Assembly (NCBI GenBank): GCA_036172245.1 | Contig: JAYWIR010000002.1 | Coordinates: 5,456,001-5,520,000 of the forward strand | Direction: 5' to 3' | DNA from: Raillietiella orientalis | Lineage: Eukaryota | Length of the DNA stretch: 64,000 bases | Shown: positions 62,201 to 64,000 of the stretch, in pieces | How the letters are laid out: each line of letters starts with the position of its first letter | How positions within the stretch are numbered: the first letter of the stretch is position 1 | Program-made: the position numbers and the translations under genes | Notes under the pieces: model-generated | The model's input: the letters and a program-made list of their open reading frames with translations, nothing else | Databases searched by the model: none | Told to the model about the DNA's origin: nothing

Positions 62201-63437
62201 TCACTCGGAAAACCGACCGAACGCACCTCCCTAGGAATAGCGATCCGTCGTTCCCCAGGGTCCGAACGCCCCTCGGGCGAGCTGCGTTTCCACGCCCGCG
62301 TGCAGTCGGTTTCCAGCTGATGCTTCGCTTTTCCTGTTTCCCTTTTGCCTAATTTCGGAGGGGCGCAGCAGCGGGGGGAGGGAGGGGGAGAATTTCGACT
62401 TACGAGGGAACGCGAGAAATTCTGGGCGAAAGCAACCACGTGACATCTATCTCACTAAGAGACATCCGACCAACAGCCCAAGAGGCAGAAGGACTCCCCA
62501 CTTCCAGGCTGGCAATCACAACACGCTGCCACGGTCTGAGGAAGGCATGCAGGGGGACCGCACCTTGCCGCTGTTGCGACCCCTGCTTCTTTAGCGGCAA
62601 GGGTGAACTCAGGATCGGAAGCAGCGGGAATGGCAACCCTGACGCATCCAGGGCTTGGGCTGGTTGAGGGACTCTGATGAGAACACCAGAGAGCTGTCAG
62701 CTTCGCAAACAAATCGGAGAGTTCGCGCTTACGTTGTTTTCGTCCTCGTCAAAGCAGGCGCTTCAAGTGCTGACCTCCGAAGGACAAGCGATCGAGCGAA
62801 CGCCTGGAGCCCCCGTCTCTCAGCAGACGGCGGTTCCGCACTCGAGGACCACTCGCTCTTCAAAAGTGCCACAGAGCGCACAATGAATCGATCGACGACA
62901 TTCTTAAGAGTTTTGCACGTTTTGCAGACGAATCAAACAGATCAAAGGAAGTGTCCAATCGAGCCGAAGACAACGAGGGCGGAGACCAGCCTTCGCTTCC
63001 GCATGGGGCGGAGGATGGGGGATGCAGCGAGAAGGCCTCTCTTTTGGTTACGTCGGTGGCGACAAGATGCGTTCGGTCGCGGCCTTCCCTATGACGGATG
63101 CTACGTGTTCGCGAGCACTCACTTATCAGATGCTCGCAGGAGCTGCCTCCGTGACATCCGAAAAAAAAAAAAAAAAAACATGAGAGAAAATGTGAGAAAT
63201 CGCTTGAGATCCCACAGGCACGCGTTCCGATCTCAAAGAACCGTTCCCCACATCCCGGAGTGCCTCTTTTTCAACACGAGGTCGCGCGAGTCGGCGTTGT
63301 CCCTTCCCGATTTCGACGAACGAGCGAATTTGTCGGATTGATTTTTCGGGAGTGGAGATTTTCCCGGTCGGTGTCTTCCCTGTTCTGACGCTGCAAACGT
63401 TGCGCACGAAGGGGTGAGGAGTATCCTGCAAGGTTTC

Positions 63438-64000
63438 CTACACGACGCCGGAGGGGGGAAACAGAACCCCGTCCGTCCTGGAACCATTCGCAGAACATTC
63501 GTCGAGCTTGAAGGACCTTTTCGTGCTTTCAGCCACGCCGGTACCAACCTGTGAGGATTCGTAATCCTCACGCGCATTTTGTGTCCTGCAGAGAACTTGA
63601 AGTACTTTCGCTGGAGAGCGATTCGTTCCCGAGAGAAGCCACGCTGAGGGGCGTAGGCAGAGCCCGCTAGGGAACACCAGAGGAACGTAGAACGGCCGAG
63701 GGCTACCAATCTCGGAACCGAGGCGGCTTGCACTCCTGGATTCGTTACGGGCCTCAAGGTTTTTGCATTCGTCCGCACCTCGAGATGAGCCAGAAAGTGG
63801 AACGAGAGCGGACGGCCGACGCTGCCTCGGACGGCCTCGGACCTCGGAGATGAGATTTCTTGAGGATCCAGCAGGGGAACCCTGCATGAACTCCAAAGTG
63901 TTTGTCGGTCCGATCCTACGAGCTACACCTGAACCCCACGTCAGGTGCAGGCGGCCATCCGTGGCAAGGGAAGCCGAGGTCTCGGTGGCTATGCATCCAC
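63438..64000 (-). CDS. Possible terminal exon of a gene entering from beyond the window
   Basis: Frame is open from the window edge to TAG at 63438 (~187 codons, S/G/R-rich); no recognisable domain. Confidence 0.2.
   Translation of the reverse strand, partial: GCIATETSASLATDGRLHLTWGSGVARRIGPTNTLEFMQGSPAGSSRNLISEVRGRPRQRRPSALVPLSGSSRGADECKNLEARNESRSASRLGSEIGSPRPFYVPLVFPSGLCLRPSAWLLSGTNRSPAKVLQVLCRTQNAREDYESSQVGTGVAESTKRSFKLDECSANGSRTDGVLFPPSGVV

Noticed and set aside
62674..62710. CTGATGAG hammerhead-like start (also CTGATGA at ~4285)
   Set aside because: No correctly placed stem II + GAAA core or flanking helices

Overview
Eukaryotic, GC-rich animal DNA, probably arthropod given the TTAGG-type repeats and 46-65 nt introns (inference). 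One confident gene: a minus-strand RasGEF1-family guanine-nucleotide exchange factor. Its REM and CDC25 core is spliced from 8 small exons (33580..31843), with a probable first exon at 42338..41772 and unresolved exons between. Positions ~1-31.7 kb, and patches of 53-62 kb, are mostly decayed non-LTR retrotransposons (L1/Tx1-like ORF1, APE, RT and zf-RVT relics; some RTE/CR1-like). Most of the supplied ORFs are GC-driven or antisense shadows. Best leads: (i) an ORF1-bearing element with a tRNA-like head in two copies; (ii) a covarying multi-hairpin 3' terminus shared by three LINE copies; (iii) a 44-bp identical motif in unrelated flanks; (iv) a 68-bp spacer-less palindrome fused to a 28-bp TTAGG/TCAGG minisatellite; (v) perfect hairpins and clustered Sox/CTCF-like motifs. 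No CRISPR array, rRNA or intact tRNA gene was seen. All family assignments come from motif recognition by eye, not database searches.
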